Notes: a model not told the origin generated them from the letters alone. Positions 41,359 through 54,100 are shown, numbered from the stretch's first letter. The stretch: 64,000 nucleotides of DNA from Candidatus Hydrogenedentota bacterium (GCA_034669905.1 JAXMOL010000038.1:1-64000), one strand, 5' to 3'. Numbers and translations are program-made.

Positions 41359-42282
41359 TTACTTTAAGTTGTAGGTAATGTTTTCAACCCGTCCGTTACG
41401 GAGAATTCCGATTCGGAAGGAGTTTACGTTCTGGTATTTCTGCACCATCTCAAGAATCTTTTGCTCGCTGTCGATCTTCTCATTGTTGACCGTCTGTAGC
41501 ACGTCCCCATTCTCGAGACCGAGCTTCTTTGCCAACGGCACGTCAGAGATATCGGCCGCCGTGATACCCGCGACGCGCCCACTGGAATCGCGGTAGAGCT
41601 CGGGCTTGACCTTGGTCACCAGGTCCACATAATTGACCTGGAGTTCCTGGATAAACTCATTCTTGTCCAGCTCGACGCGGGTCGCTACCTGGGCCGTTGG
41701 GCGTGAGGGCCGGTTAGACGCCGAAGCAGAGGGCGCATTGCCCGCCTCTTTGTCTTCGTCCATGCTCAAGCGCTCCAAGGTGGGCGGATTCTTCAACCCA
41801 TTCTTGAGCACGACCCAGCGGGGGTGCACCTCTTCCAGGGTCACACTCGGAACCACCGTATCGCCCACGAAGAAGAGCTGGCTGCCCGTCTTGCGGCTCG
41901 CATCTTCGATACTGGCGGAGGCATACACACTCTTTGCCGAAAGACTCGTGGTGCCCCACAGCGTAAGATTCAGCGTGGTCTCGATCACCTCATTGTCGGG
42001 CTCGGGCGGCGGGGGCGGTGCCGCGGGCACTTTGTCGGGATCGAATCGCCCGGCTTCCCCAAAGAGCCCATTACTCTTGATGCTGTCGTAATCTTTGCGG
42101 TCTCGCAATGCCACTATCAGGGGCGGTGCGGCCCGTAAGGCTTCCGTATCGTTTGGACTGGCGGACACCACCGGGGCTTCGAATAATTGCATCACGACCA
42201 TCCCGCCGGTGAGCACGATCAGGCCAAAAAGGACCAGATAGAGCACCAGGAAACTTTGTCGTATGATGAGACCACGTACCAT
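41359..42282 (-). CDS. gspC: T2SS GspC with PDZ domain
   Basis: TM, HR domain (LTLWGT...FFVGD) and C-terminal PDZ (KLGLENGDVLQTVN...ILRNG). Confidence 0.9.
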   Translation of the reverse strand: MVRGLIIRQSFLVLYLVLFGLIVLTGGMVVMQLFEAPVVSASPNDTEALRAAPPLIVALRDRKDYDSIKSNGLFGEAGRFDPDKVPAAPPPPPEPDNEVIETTLNLTLWGTTSLSAKSVYASASIEDASRKTGSQLFFVGDTVVPSVTLEEVHPRWVVLKNGLKNPPTLERLSMDEDKEAGNAPSASASNRPSRPTAQVATRVELDKNEFIQELQVNYVDLVTKVKPELYRDSSGRVAGITAADISDVPLAKKLGLENGDVLQTVNNEKIDSEQKILEMVQKYQNVNSFRIGILRNGRVENITYNLK

Positions 42283-42583
42283 TTTTACCTCATATCCCTG
42301 GGGGGCATTCTATCGATTGGTGAATCCAATGTTCCGTCGCACAGGGCGTTCCGACCCTGGGGCCCGCCGTTTTGCCAGTGGTGCAACGTGTTGCAATCAC
42401 TCAAGTAACGCCCGGTCTTCCAAGCAGGTTGACACGGACACGCCCCGTTGGCCTCTCCACGCCGTGCACCCCGGATGTCCACGGACCCAGGCCCGAGCCG
42501 CTAGTGTATCCCATTGCTTTTGGAAATCGCAACGGATGGGAGGCCAGGGTGGCCACACCACGGTCCCATCGGCCCGAGACCGT

Positions 42584-42620
42584 AAAAAGCGCGCACCCCC
42601 TAGAAATTGGGGATGCGCGC
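42584..42620 (-). terminator. Rho-independent terminator after the metalloprotease gene
   Basis: Minus strand GCGCGCATCCCC-loop-GGGGTGCGCGC followed by TTTTT, 28 nt past the stop. Confidence 0.8.
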
Positions 42621-42648
42621 AAATAATCTACCACAGGTAGGTGAAAAA

Positions 42649-45039
42649 CTAGTCCTCTTCCGCGGCGGCCTGATCCTGGGCGATGGCCCGCAGCTCCGCC
42701 ATGTAGTCCGTCAGGGACATGGAAGCGGGAACTTCCGCACCCTCGGGAAGGGACTTCGCAATCCGGCTCTGAAGGTCCGCCGGTATGGCAACCGTATCTT
42801 CTTCGGACGCCGATTTCGCGTTGGAGACGCTGACCTTACCGCCCTGACCGTTGTAGACCCGATAGCCGAATCCGTCCACGTATTCGAGGTGAACGACAAC
42901 CGTTTCGCCCTGCGAAAACTTCGCCAGGTCCGTCACTTCGGAAACCAGGCCACCCACGCGCCCGCCAAGCTGCGTCAGCGTAATGGTGGACTGCTTGTTT
43001 AACGTACCTTTAGCCCGATCGCTGATTTCAATGACCACGTCGGTGTAAATCTCTGAAGCGGTGGTCGCTTGCCGCGAAACCACGGAAGTGACTGTACCCG
43101 ATACGATATCGGTCGAATTGGCAACCAGATCTTCCGTCGTCTGGAACAGCAACAGGGCCTGGGCAGGAATGCCAAACAGCAAACCACCCACGATCGCGAG
43201 CGCTGCGACGGCCCGCGCCACCCGACGGCGACGTCGGATTACCCACGCCCCCGCCAGTAACGCACCGGCCAGGACCAGCACATGGTCAAGACACCAGTAC
43301 ACCGCCACTACGAAGGCCGCCGTCAGGCTGTACGCCGTCGAATTGCCGAGCATATAGCGGGCGAGGGTCGGAGAAATTCGGTAATACGTATCCACTACAA
43401 AGCTTCCCAAGGCGGACTCCATCAGGATTCTGTCGCGAATGGAACGGACGGAGTTGGCACCCGTCACCACGCCGGCCACACCGCCCATGTCCGCTCCAGC
43501 CTTCACGCCGGACACGACATTAAAGATACACACATCGTTGGGGTCACCAAACATAGGCCCGTCGCCCACAATGGACGAAATCGTGCGCTCCGTCTCCTTG
43601 CTGATCAGGGTCCCGCGCTGAAAATCCCAAACGAAGGGCGTTCCAGCATCCTTGTTGGAAATATCGATAATATTGTCCACCTCGTGAAGCACTTCCGACG
43701 TAAACACGTTGTTGAACGCGGCCGTCGGGGGGAGGATGGAGTCCAGGATATCCGGATTCTGCTGGGCTTCCGGCGGCGCCTGGCGATCATAACCCGTGAA
43801 GTTCAGCGGATTGCTCGAGAACGTATAGTCCGCGTTGAACACGCCCGACTCCGTTTCCATCTGCTTCCAGATGTAGGGCAGTTCAAAACGACCTTCCCGT
43901 TCGGGATAGAGATCGCTGTTCACATAGAGCGCACTCAGCGTGCTGAAAACCGCGACGCGAGGCGTCGTTTCGTCATTATCCACATCTGCCCAGGCTACGA
44001 TGTGTGCTCCCGGGATAGGCGCGGAGGGTAGAGCCGTACCTGGATTCGTACGCGTGCGCACTTCACCGGTCAGATTGAAAAAGAGGTCCTGGCTACCACG
44101 GGGATAGAGCCACGCCATACCCGATATATCATCGGGCGCCAGGTCAGCACCGCCGCCCTGGCGGGTTCCGTTGCCATCAATCACGTCAAAGAGAAAGGGA
44201 TACATGGTCGGCGTGACACCGATGCGACGACTTACCCCTGCGATGGAGTGACTGAGTACCTGACTCTCCACGAGACCCTCAATACTGGTCGGGTCACCAG
44301 GGACAGCCAGATCAGGGGCCAGGTTATTCAGCGCCGTATGGGTCAGACCATAGAAGTGCCCGATCTCGTGCACCAGCGTGGTCAGCAGATCCGATTGGGG
44401 CGCCTCGCCAGCCGCGGCGGGCCGGGTCATGGCACCATTGATAATGATGTCATTGTCGAGGATCGTACCGGAACTGACCAATACGAGATCCGTACCGGAC
44501 TGAATGGTGGACTCATCGATTGCCCAGAAGAAGCGATTGACACCCGCTACGCCATTGGCCAGATCGGGCACGATGATCGGATCTGGCACGACGTCTTCGT
44601 CGGCTTCGCCGTCACCGTCCAGATCCTGCGTGGTCGTAACCTGGATGGCAATCACATTGAGCGTATCAAACTCATCCTGCCCCGTAAAGATGGGATCCTG
44701 GATCATGCCAACCACCCGGGTGGAGGCATAGGATTGGGGAATGCGTTCCCAGACTGCCAGGGCTTCCTCGACGATGGCGATTTCTGCATCGTTGAATCCG
44801 CTCTTACCATCTTCAATATAGACGGGAATACCTTCGTCCTCGCCAACCTCTCCGTCATTGTTGGTGTCGAAGAAGCTACGATTGTACTGCTTGTAGCGCA
44901 ATACGCCCGTCGCATCGTAGGCACCGATGGGGAAAAATGCCCATGTGGTCGGTGCCAATACTACGCCGCAACAAAGTATTGCCAGTCCTAGTTTCCGTGT
45001 ACGTGATGTCACGAATCCGCTTCCTTTCATACCGGGCAC
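42649..45039 (-). CDS. Matrixin-like metzincin protease with a CFI-box-like anchor and an extra C-terminal domain
   Basis: Signal peptide; HEIGHFYGLTH (HExxHxxGxxH) and Met-turn PTMYP; CIF...RSIRDRIL....GSFVVDTYYRISP; TM segments. Start could be 45030. Confidence 0.85.
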   Translation of the reverse strand: MPGMKGSGFVTSRTRKLGLAILCCGVVLAPTTWAFFPIGAYDATGVLRYKQYNRSFFDTNNDGEVGEDEGIPVYIEDGKSGFNDAEIAIVEEALAVWERIPQSYASTRVVGMIQDPIFTGQDEFDTLNVIAIQVTTTQDLDGDGEADEDVVPDPIIVPDLANGVAGVNRFFWAIDESTIQSGTDLVLVSSGTILDNDIIINGAMTRPAAAGEAPQSDLLTTLVHEIGHFYGLTHTALNNLAPDLAVPGDPTSIEGLVESQVLSHSIAGVSRRIGVTPTMYPFLFDVIDGNGTRQGGGADLAPDDISGMAWLYPRGSQDLFFNLTGEVRTRTNPGTALPSAPIPGAHIVAWADVDNDETTPRVAVFSTLSALYVNSDLYPEREGRFELPYIWKQMETESGVFNADYTFSSNPLNFTGYDRQAPPEAQQNPDILDSILPPTAAFNNVFTSEVLHEVDNIIDISNKDAGTPFVWDFQRGTLISKETERTISSIVGDGPMFGDPNDVCIFNVVSGVKAGADMGGVAGVVTGANSVRSIRDRILMESALGSFVVDTYYRISPTLARYMLGNSTAYSLTAAFVVAVYWCLDHVLVLAGALLAGAWVIRRRRRVARAVAALAIVGGLLFGIPAQALLLFQTTEDLVANSTDIVSGTVTSVVSRQATTASEIYTDVVIEISDRAKGTLNKQSTITLTQLGGRVGGLVSEVTDLAKFSQGETVVVHLEYVDGFGYRVYNGQGGKVSVSNAKSASEEDTVAIPADLQSRIAKSLPEGAEVPASMSLTDYMAELRAIAQDQAAAEED

Positions 45040-45110
45040 GCGCTCGTCGGAGTGACCAGCTACATGCTTCGTTACTATCTACTCATTCTATACGCGGCCC
45101 GGTTTCAAGC

Positions 45111-48100
45111 TTAGTGGGCTGTTCCTGCATGCTTACGTTTCAATCCAATCAGCAACCCGCCGACTGCCAGAAGCAGTACTACCAGGTCACCCATCGGCAT
45201 GGAGCCACCGCCCGCTTCACCACTGCAACTCGCCGGATACTTCGGCGGGTCAGCCTGACTTACATATTCGAAGCCGTTGATCTTCAGATCTTGCGTGCCG
45301 TTGTTCTTGTTGCGCACGGTTACGTTGAGCATACCCACCTGCGAGAAGCCACCGGTCGGGAACTTGACCATCAACTTGGTGCCGGAACTCGCATCCGCTT
45401 CGACTTCGTAGACCTCTACGAGCGTCTCACCGAAGTAGACTTCCGCACTCGCCGCTGTTGGCAGGTTCTCACCGATGAGGCTCACCGGGAAGTCCGATTT
45501 CTCGGCCCGGGCTGGCGACACCCGCGTGATCTTCGGCGCCACATCACCCGTCGAATTGGCCAGGGTGAAGAGGTTCGTGCGACTGGCTTCTTTGCCCGTC
45601 GACGGATTCCGCACGATGAGCACGATGGGCAACTGGGGCGATGCACCACTGGTGGTGGAGATGGTGATGGAGATAGCCGTGTCCGTGGCCTCTGTCACCG
45701 TCACATCATAGCCACTCAGCACCACTTCCGGACTCGTGCCGAAGCCGCGGCCGAAGAGGACGAAGCTGAAGGGATTCGTATCCAGCGTCTGGGCCGGCAA
45801 TTCGGTCGAAGAGGCCGACTCAATCACCACCGAGGTGGGACCCACCGGGATATCCCGACCTGTAATCAGGCCTGAACGTTTTTTCTGGGCCGAATGCGTA
45901 CGCACCCAGTTGTAACCACTCGAGTCCGTCTTGGCACCGGGGCGGTCACCGTCCATGAAGTAGCGCACGGGCGCGTCTTTGTAGAAGGTAATGAAACCAA
46001 CGCCACGGTTACCCCACGGGAATTCCTGGAACTTCTTATAGTCTTCCCGTGCCGGCCCATCGATATTGATGAAGGTGTGCGGGTCCGGTTCCGTCGGGGT
46101 ATTCGGACCCCAGGACACAATGCCCATACGGAAGTTGTCGCCTTCCCGCATTTCTTCGGAGGCGCGAACCACCACGAAGAAGTCCGGTCCGGCATTGGCA
46201 CCTTCCCACGATTCCGGTACCCACTGGCGATAGCGCGGCTGCGTCGCGGGATCATCTCCCTCGAAGTCCGTACCCGGCGAGGACAGGACAAATTTGACCT
46301 GCGGCGCATCGCCAGACACACCACTCAGACGTGGCGCACTATCCAGTTGGAGCGGAATATCGATACCCGCATCAAAGTGTCCATTCCGGTTTTCCGGATG
46401 GAAGTCATTATCGCGGTAGAGGGCGACACCGCTGAGACGCTGATCCCGCTTGAGCGGAAGCAGGTCCGTCACGATGTCAAAGTCAGCCGCGTTGGCTTCG
46501 TTATAGAATTCCACCACGAGCTGCTCAAGGAAGGTCGGGTTCTGCACGATCTTCCAGGCACCGTCCCGTGGCGTACCACTCAACAGGGTCAACGCCGTGG
46601 CACTGTTCCCCGTGATTTCATAGGTTTCATAACCGGAGTCCACCAGCCAATCGCCTGCGAAGTCATCGGCGGTCCAGCCAGCGCCTGCCACCGTGAAGGT
46701 GAGCTCCGTACCCTGGCCACTGGTACCCTCGGCCCGCACCGCATCGGCGATGTTGGTCGAGACATCCAGGCCAAGGGCCGCAACGGCTGGTCCATTGATG
46801 TCAATCGTGGCCGTCTGACTGATCAGGTCCTGAATAATCAACGGCGTGTTCATCGTGAGCACATCATGCCCATAGAAACTATGCACCGCGGATTCTTCCG
46901 GGTTCGCTTTCGTCAACGCACCGGCACTCGCCAGGCCCGTCGGCACGAAACGGATACCCGCGTCCTGTTGACCCTCTACCCGCGAGGGCAGTGAGGCCGG
47001 AACGACAACCCGAATCTGTTCCTGCGCGCTGGCGTTCGGCGAGACCTTAACCGTTACGAAGAGGTCATTACCGGGCTGGGGCGAATCCAGATCCAGCGTC
47101 TTCTGGCCCACCTGTCCGGCAGACGATGCCGTGAGCAGCTTCTTGCTCGCCAAGGTGAAGTCGATACCCGGGAATTCTTCCACCGCGATATCCAGCACGC
47201 TGGAGTCCGTGTCCGTACCGGTGACGAAGAATTCGGTCGCTGCGCGCAGCCCGTCCGTATTCGGGATGGTACTGCCGCTGCGAATGTACTCTTCTTTCAA
47301 ACGATGACGCAGACCCGAACCGGCACTGGCCGGCTCAGCCAGGAAGTCAAAGAGGTCGAAGACGATGACGTTCTGGTGATTCGGGTTACGGGCCTCATAG
47401 GCCGGGAACCAGGTCGTCGCCACCCAGTCGGAGAACTGACGCGCCAGATCGGCCTCTGCGTCCGTAATCTGTCCGGGCGGAAGGGGCGGTGCCGTCACCA
47501 CCACAAACAGGGTGTCTGCGTTGGCTTCGAAAATCGCCTCCAGCGGCTCGTAGACATCCCCTTCACCATTGGTGTAGATGCTGCCACTGCCCGCACCATC
47601 GGGATGCTGGAACACGGCCTTGTAGTTCTCAAAGGTCTGCTCTTCACTGAACGGCTCACCCGGGGTCGAACCCGGACCGCTCAGGATATTACTGAAGGCA
47701 TCGCTGTTGAACATGATAATCCGGTTTTCACCGTCCGCGGTATCGTGGTCCTCGATACCCGAGTAGTAGTCGTTGAACCACAGCAGCCAGTGACGCATGT
47801 CTGTGAAGTTACCGGGCGTAGGCGCAAGGGAATCGGGGCGATTCGAATCCGCCGATACGTCGGTCAGCTCACGGATGTCATTCCGTTCGTCAATATACTC
47901 TTTCTCCAGCAGGGCGTCGCTGAGACCGCTGGTCAGCCAGTTGCTGCCCATGCTGTGGTGGATGTACAGGAAGTCATCCGACGTGGTGCTGCTGCTGCCG
48001 CCACCGCCGGTGCTGCCACCGCCGGTTCCAGAGCCCGTACCACCGTTGGATTGGCCTTCGCAAATGAACAGACGCAGTACGGACAGCGAGGTGCCGTCGG

Positions 48101-51100
48101 AATCGTTGTGCGGCACCGGCCACAGGTTGCTCAGACGAAGCTGGAGCACCCAGGCGCGGTCATTGTTGTCAATGAGGCCGTCGCCATCCATGTCATCGGG
48201 GGCACCGTCACCGTCCAGGTCAATGTATTCCGGAGCCGTTGCCCACTTGGCATTGCTCAGCGGAACCACCCGATCCTGGTTCGAGAAGGTTTCACCCGAT
48301 TCTGCGTAGCCGTTGAAGTCACCTTCATTCAGGAAGATACCCGATGTGAAGATGCCACCACCGTCTTCGCCTTCGCCGTCTTCCCAGAGGAGGACGCCGG
48401 AATCGAGGTCGATACCGGCTCCATCCAGGGGATAGAGGTCGCTCGGGTCAAAGTCCGGACCCCAGAAGGCCAGGTTGATCTCGGAGATATAGGTTTCGGC
48501 CGATTCATTCACGACCACATCACCGGTACCGACGGCATTGATGCCGAGGACGGGAACGTGGTTGTTGTTGATATCCGTACGCTGATGAAGCAGACGGGCA
48601 CCCGCATTTTCCGCGCTCCAGTCGCTCAGGCGCGGGTACTGACCCGGCAGCAGCGCGAAGGACCAGGTGTCGAAGGTCGGCAGCGCAGGCTGGGCCGGCA
48701 ACTGGGCAATCGCATTGGAGCGCAGGGCGTCGTCAGGACTTCCCGTACCGAAGGGTACGGTTTCCAGCGGGAACTGGAAGTCCAGGGCGTTGCCTTCGGT
48801 TTGGATAATCTCTTGTTCTCCAGCGATATTCAGCTGGATATTAAAGACCACATCAGTCGCATCGACTTCCACACCATGGTGGTTGAGGAAGCGCACCTGC
48901 TGAATGCCGAAGGGATCCATCCAACGGTCGAAGAAGGTCTGATTCGTACCCTGGCTGGAGAAGCCGTAACAGATGCTGCTTCCAAACGGAATACCGAAGA
49001 AGAGGTCGGAGACCTTTCCGTACTCGGAGTTCGTTCCATAGGTCAGGTTCAGATCGTGGACTTCAAGTCCCACGCGCAAGGGCTTGGCGCTCTTGGCGTT
49101 CATGGTGCGTTCATTCCACCAGGGCTCATCCGAGCCCCAACGGGGATCATCCTGCCAGGTGGCAAACTCGGTACCATTGTCCGAGAAGGACGGACCATAG
49201 GGCGGAATCATGCTGTTGACATAGATACCCCCTTCGAAGGACTCCGTCGCCAGGTCGAAACGGCGGGGCTCGATGAAGGCACGGAAGTCCGCACCCGGCT
49301 GAATGCCCTGGCCATCGGCGATACCCTGCGATACGTCCTTGAAGCCGCTGTCCGTACGGACCACGACAAAGAAGTCGGGGCTGATGCTCGTGGTGACAAA
49401 GTCGTCGTCACCAACCACCCCGTCGGTGGCAAAGGTTTCGTCGGGCGTCGGTTCGAGCAGCCCTTCGAAGTCTTCCCCTTCCAGGCGGTTCAGGCCGAAG
49501 TTCAGACTGATCTTCCACCACGGATCACCACCTCCCGGCGGGAAGGCAATGTATTCCCACTGGAGATCATGGTCGAACAGGGGCTCGAGCGGATAGTCGC
49601 CATTGAAGACCACCCCATTACCATCGGCATTGGGCGTGGGCGGATCAAAGACGCCGTTGTTGTTCTCGTCGGTCCAGACCCAGGCACCGTTGAAGGTGTA
49701 GTCGGGAGAGCGGGCGATGAGGTCCGAGTCCCCTTCGAGGATAACCCGGTTGGTCACAAAGCCGTTCATACCACTGCGGGGATCGAAACCACCGTTACCG
49801 GGCGTACCAAAGGGATCGCCACCCACATCCGTGAGGATGAGGTTCAACTGCTGAAGCGCTGGCGGTTCATCCTGGGCCCAGATACGGAGTCCATCCACTT
49901 GCGAATCGAAGAAGTCGAAGTGTTCGGTCGCCGTACCGTGCAGGTTGATGTTGATGACATTGACCCACTCTTCCACCGCTATCAGGCGACGCATCTGAAG
50001 CGTTTCACCGCCGAGGATGCTCAGGAGTTTGGTGGGCGAATTCCAACGGGGGCGCGTGAACTCCGCCGTCGGCACATGGAAGAAGTACGGGTGATCCCAG
50101 GAATTGATGTTGGGGATCAGGTTCTCGCCATCATTTCCACCCCGGGCATCGAAGACGCCGAAGCTGGAGGAATAGCTCACCTCATCATCCAGAATCTCAC
50201 CACCAGGGAAGTCGGGCGAGTAGCTGTCAAGCGGCGCGCCGTCATCCGCCGTCGGGAAGGTACCGTCGGCATCCGGAATAATCATCCGGGCACCCAGCAT
50301 CGTGGTCGCCAGCGTGAGCTGGGAGCGCCAGGTGGCAGAGGTGCGCACGGCAATAATATAGGAGTTGCCGTCGATGGTGTTGTCACCGTCCGGACCCGCA
50401 GGCACAAGTACCTCGGGATCTTCCGGCGTACCTTCACCCACGAAGTTTACGGTGTAGGTCAGGTTACCACCGGCGCCGTCCAGGGTGGCAATGCCACCGC
50501 CAACTGCATCCCAGGTGGCCAGCAGGAAGTCGTGACCGACGTCCAACTTGTTGTTGTCTTCTTCATCACTCGAGTAGTTCTCGAAGAAGATACCAAACTC
50601 CAGGAGGTCCGACACTTCCGGGCCACCTGCGTTGATGTAGTTGAGATCCGCGGAGTCTTTCGGATTGCCGTGAATCTGGTAAACGAGGGTCTCCAGGATA
50701 CGGGCAGCCGGTTCTTCCGGATTGGTCGCCATCACGATATTCAGCAGGGGCACCCAGTCATTCAGGGGCACCAACGCTTCGGTGTCGGCGATAAGATTCG
50801 TGGCCGTAAGGTCGACCGTGGGCTCATCGGTTTCACCTTCGCCCTCGCCTTCACCTTCGCCTTCCCCTTCTCCCTCGCCTTCGCCCTCACCTTCACCCGC
50901 GCAGCCGGCACCTGTACAGGGGCGAACCGTGATGTAGTCGGTGAGTTCAATGGTGCGAATAACCTCTTCTTCCGTCACACGGTTCTGGAAGGTCACCTGC
51001 AGGCTGACGGTAAAGAAGCCTTCCGTCAGATAGCGGTGCGAGGGGTTCTGCAGGTCCGATACGGTGCCGTCCCCGAAATTCCACGCATAGGCGATGGCAT

Positions 51101-54100
51101 CATGGTCCGGTCCAGACGCGCTCAAGTCCGTGAACTGCACGGTCAGGCCGTCGGGCAAGGACCCTTCGGTATCCGGCGTAAGCGCACCGTCTGTAGGCGT
51201 ACCCACGAAATCGGCGTACGGCAGTTCCACGATCTCGATGATGTCGACTTTGGTAACAGTGTCCTCTACTCCGTTGCCGTCGGTCACCGTAACGGAGACG
51301 TCATAGGTGCCTTCGTTATCGTAGACGTGGGTATATTCATAGCAGGTAACACCGGGATTCTCCGGGTCGGCGGGCAACGGGGTCGGGTCCAGATCGTCTT
51401 CGGTCTGGCCGTCGCCGAAGTTCCAGACGACACGGGTCACCGTACCGGTGGTGATCAGCTTGAAGGTCACCGGCTCGCCCACAGACTGCCGGTTGCGATC
51501 CAGCTCGAAGTCGATTTCGGGCGCGGCGGTGGCGGTGACCACACCGGTCCGTCCGGCGACATTCGGGTTGGTACGAATCCAGTGACGAACGTTCTTGTCG
51601 TCCTGGCTGTGATCCAGTTCCATGGTCGGAATGGAACGACGCTTGTCTTTGTCGTAGGTCCAGTACCGTACTTCGGGCGCTTCCTTGAAGAAGGAAATGA
51701 ATCCAAGGCCACGGGCACCCCACGGGTATTCGGAGAAGATGTCGAATTCATCCTCGCGCTGGCCCGTGTTACCGCCCAGATCCGGGGAGAAGTTATCCGG
51801 GTCGGGTTCGGACGGCGTATTCGGACCCCAGGACACGATGGCCGCAGAGAAGTCATCTCCCAGCGCCATGTTGCGGGAAGTTCGGACCACCACGAAGAAG
51901 TCCGATCCGAATTCGGGATCGTTGTTCGCCAGGCCGAAGGTCTGGGGAATAACCTGGCGCAAGCGGGGCTGACTACCATAGGGCACCGAGTCGCGACCGG
52001 TCGAATCATCCGTACCGGGGGAGGAGAAGACAAACTTCACCTGGCGTTCCGGCTCACCAATGGCGCCGATAAACTTGGGCTCATCATCGAGCGTAATCGG
52101 CAAATCGATGTATTCCATTTCACCCGTGGTCTCATTCAAGACCGGCGGATCAAACTTGCCGTTGGTGTTGTTCGGGTGCAGATCGTTATCCCGATAGAGG
52201 GATACGCCACTGAGAATGCCATTGGCCGGATCTTCGTGCTGCAGGGGCAAGAGGTCCCGCTGCATATCGAAGTTGCCGTCCACCCCTTCGTCGTAAAATT
52301 CGACGATGACCTGTTCGAGGAAGATGGGATTGCGTACAACCTGCCAGGGGCTGCCGTCGGCCGGAGCACCGGCACGCAGTTGCAGCGTGGACCCGTTAAC
52401 GCCCACGATCTCATAGGCCTCAATCCGGTCGGGGGCCGTAACACCATCGTTGTCGGCATCGGGATCTTCATACCGCGCGATGAGCCAGTCACCGATGTTG
52501 CTCGCATCCCAGGTGGCGCCGGTCGTGGTGAAGGAGGAGGCACCTGCCGTACCCGTCGTGCCTTCACCCAGCAGGTTCGCACCGCGGTTGGCCGACGCGT
52601 CGATACCCAGCAGGGCTCCGGGAGGACTACCCGGCTCCACGGAAGTGGGGAAGCTACTGGCTACGGCGTCGCTATTGATATCTTCGCTGATGATGCGCGC
52701 AGGGACGTCGATGGCCAGCATGTCGTGGCCATAGAAGTCGCCCAGCGTACCTTCATCGGGGTTCACTTTTTCAAAGACGTCGCCAACCGGATAGGTCCGG
52801 GGAGACACTTCGATACCCGCGATCTGTTCCGACGTGGGTGTCCGATTGGGCAGACGGGACGGGATAACCATACGGAACTCTTCGAAAGATCCGATGGTTT
52901 CCGAGGTCCGAATGACGACAAAGAGGTCATCACCCTGGTTACCGCCGGCGGCCAGGGCTTTGGCGCTCTTGGCGACCAGTCCGTCGGTCGTTTCCGTACC
53001 CAAATCGATGAGGGTCGGGGTTGCGGTCCAGAAGCTCGGCCACTCGCCAACCGCCGCAGCCGATTTGGCGCCGGGGTTCGTGCCGTTTGAGCCACCGCTC
53101 CGGATATCGGACTGGGGCACATTCCACTGGTCGGCCAGTTCGAAGGTCAAGACCCAGGCGCGATCCGAAAGCCCATCAAATCGGGCCTGCTCTTCTGCGG
53201 TCAGCGTGGCCGCGAAGGCGTCGACTTCAGCCTGGTTGTACTGGTCGCCGGTAAATACGATGCCGTCGCCACTCAAATCGTCGGCGGCAAATTGGCCCGT
53301 ATCCGGATCCAGACGTCCATAGAGATTGACCGGCTCGGATTCGGTGCGCCAGTTCAGGCTACCCGGTTCTACAGGCACAATACGGTCACGGAAGACCGGG
53401 GTAACCGTCGTGTCGTGAATGATGGGCCCTTCAAAGACGCCCGTGCCGTTTGTATCTTCGTAGATCAACACACCCGAAGAGAAGAGCTCACCGTCTTCAT
53501 CCAGTTTCGCCAGGTCAGAGCGGGTAAATTCCGGACCCCAGAGGGCCACGGTAATGCTGTTAACCGAAATATTCGGATTGCTGTTGACCACCTGGTCATC
53601 GGCACCAATGAGGTTGATACCCAGCATGGCCGTGGGCTTGGACGCGAAGGCAGCATACTGCTTCAACAGTCGGGCCGCACGACGTCCCTGCTCTTCCACC
53701 GGCACGTTCGCAGCCAGACCGGCGGGCCAGTTGCTTACGCGGGGATATTCGCCATTGACCATCGTGTCGCTCACGATCAGCCAGCGACCGCGCTGCACCC
53801 GCTGGTTCGGCACCACGCCTTCCGGGTGATTCGGCAGGTTCAACTCACCACCGGCGCTCAGGAAACGATCGAGATAGAGGCGGTGACCATTGGCAATCGT
53901 CAGCGCATTACCCGTGTTGGACAGGATGCGGTTACGGGAACCGTTCTCGTCCACGAGCCACATACCGGCCACATCACCAATAGCACCATACTGCGCATCA
54001 TTGGCTTCGAAGATGTACACGTCGTCCGAGTAGGTAAATTCGCTCTGCGACGTCGTCGGATGGTGGAATGACTCGTTGGCCATGGCCCCTTCGGACGCCA

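Noticed and set aside
42283..42583. ncRNA or sigma-54 promoter upstream of gspC
   Set aside because: The TGGCA near 42375 lacks a correctly spaced GC. Only a short near-palindrome (TGCAACGTGTTGCA) was seen, which is not enough to call.
47304..53090. 1928-aa plus-strand ORF, and other long plus-strand ORFs such as 22771-25314 and 7265-9415
   Set aside because: Antisense shadows of GC-rich genes with biased codon use; no motifs, and they fully overlap well-supported minus-strand CDSs.
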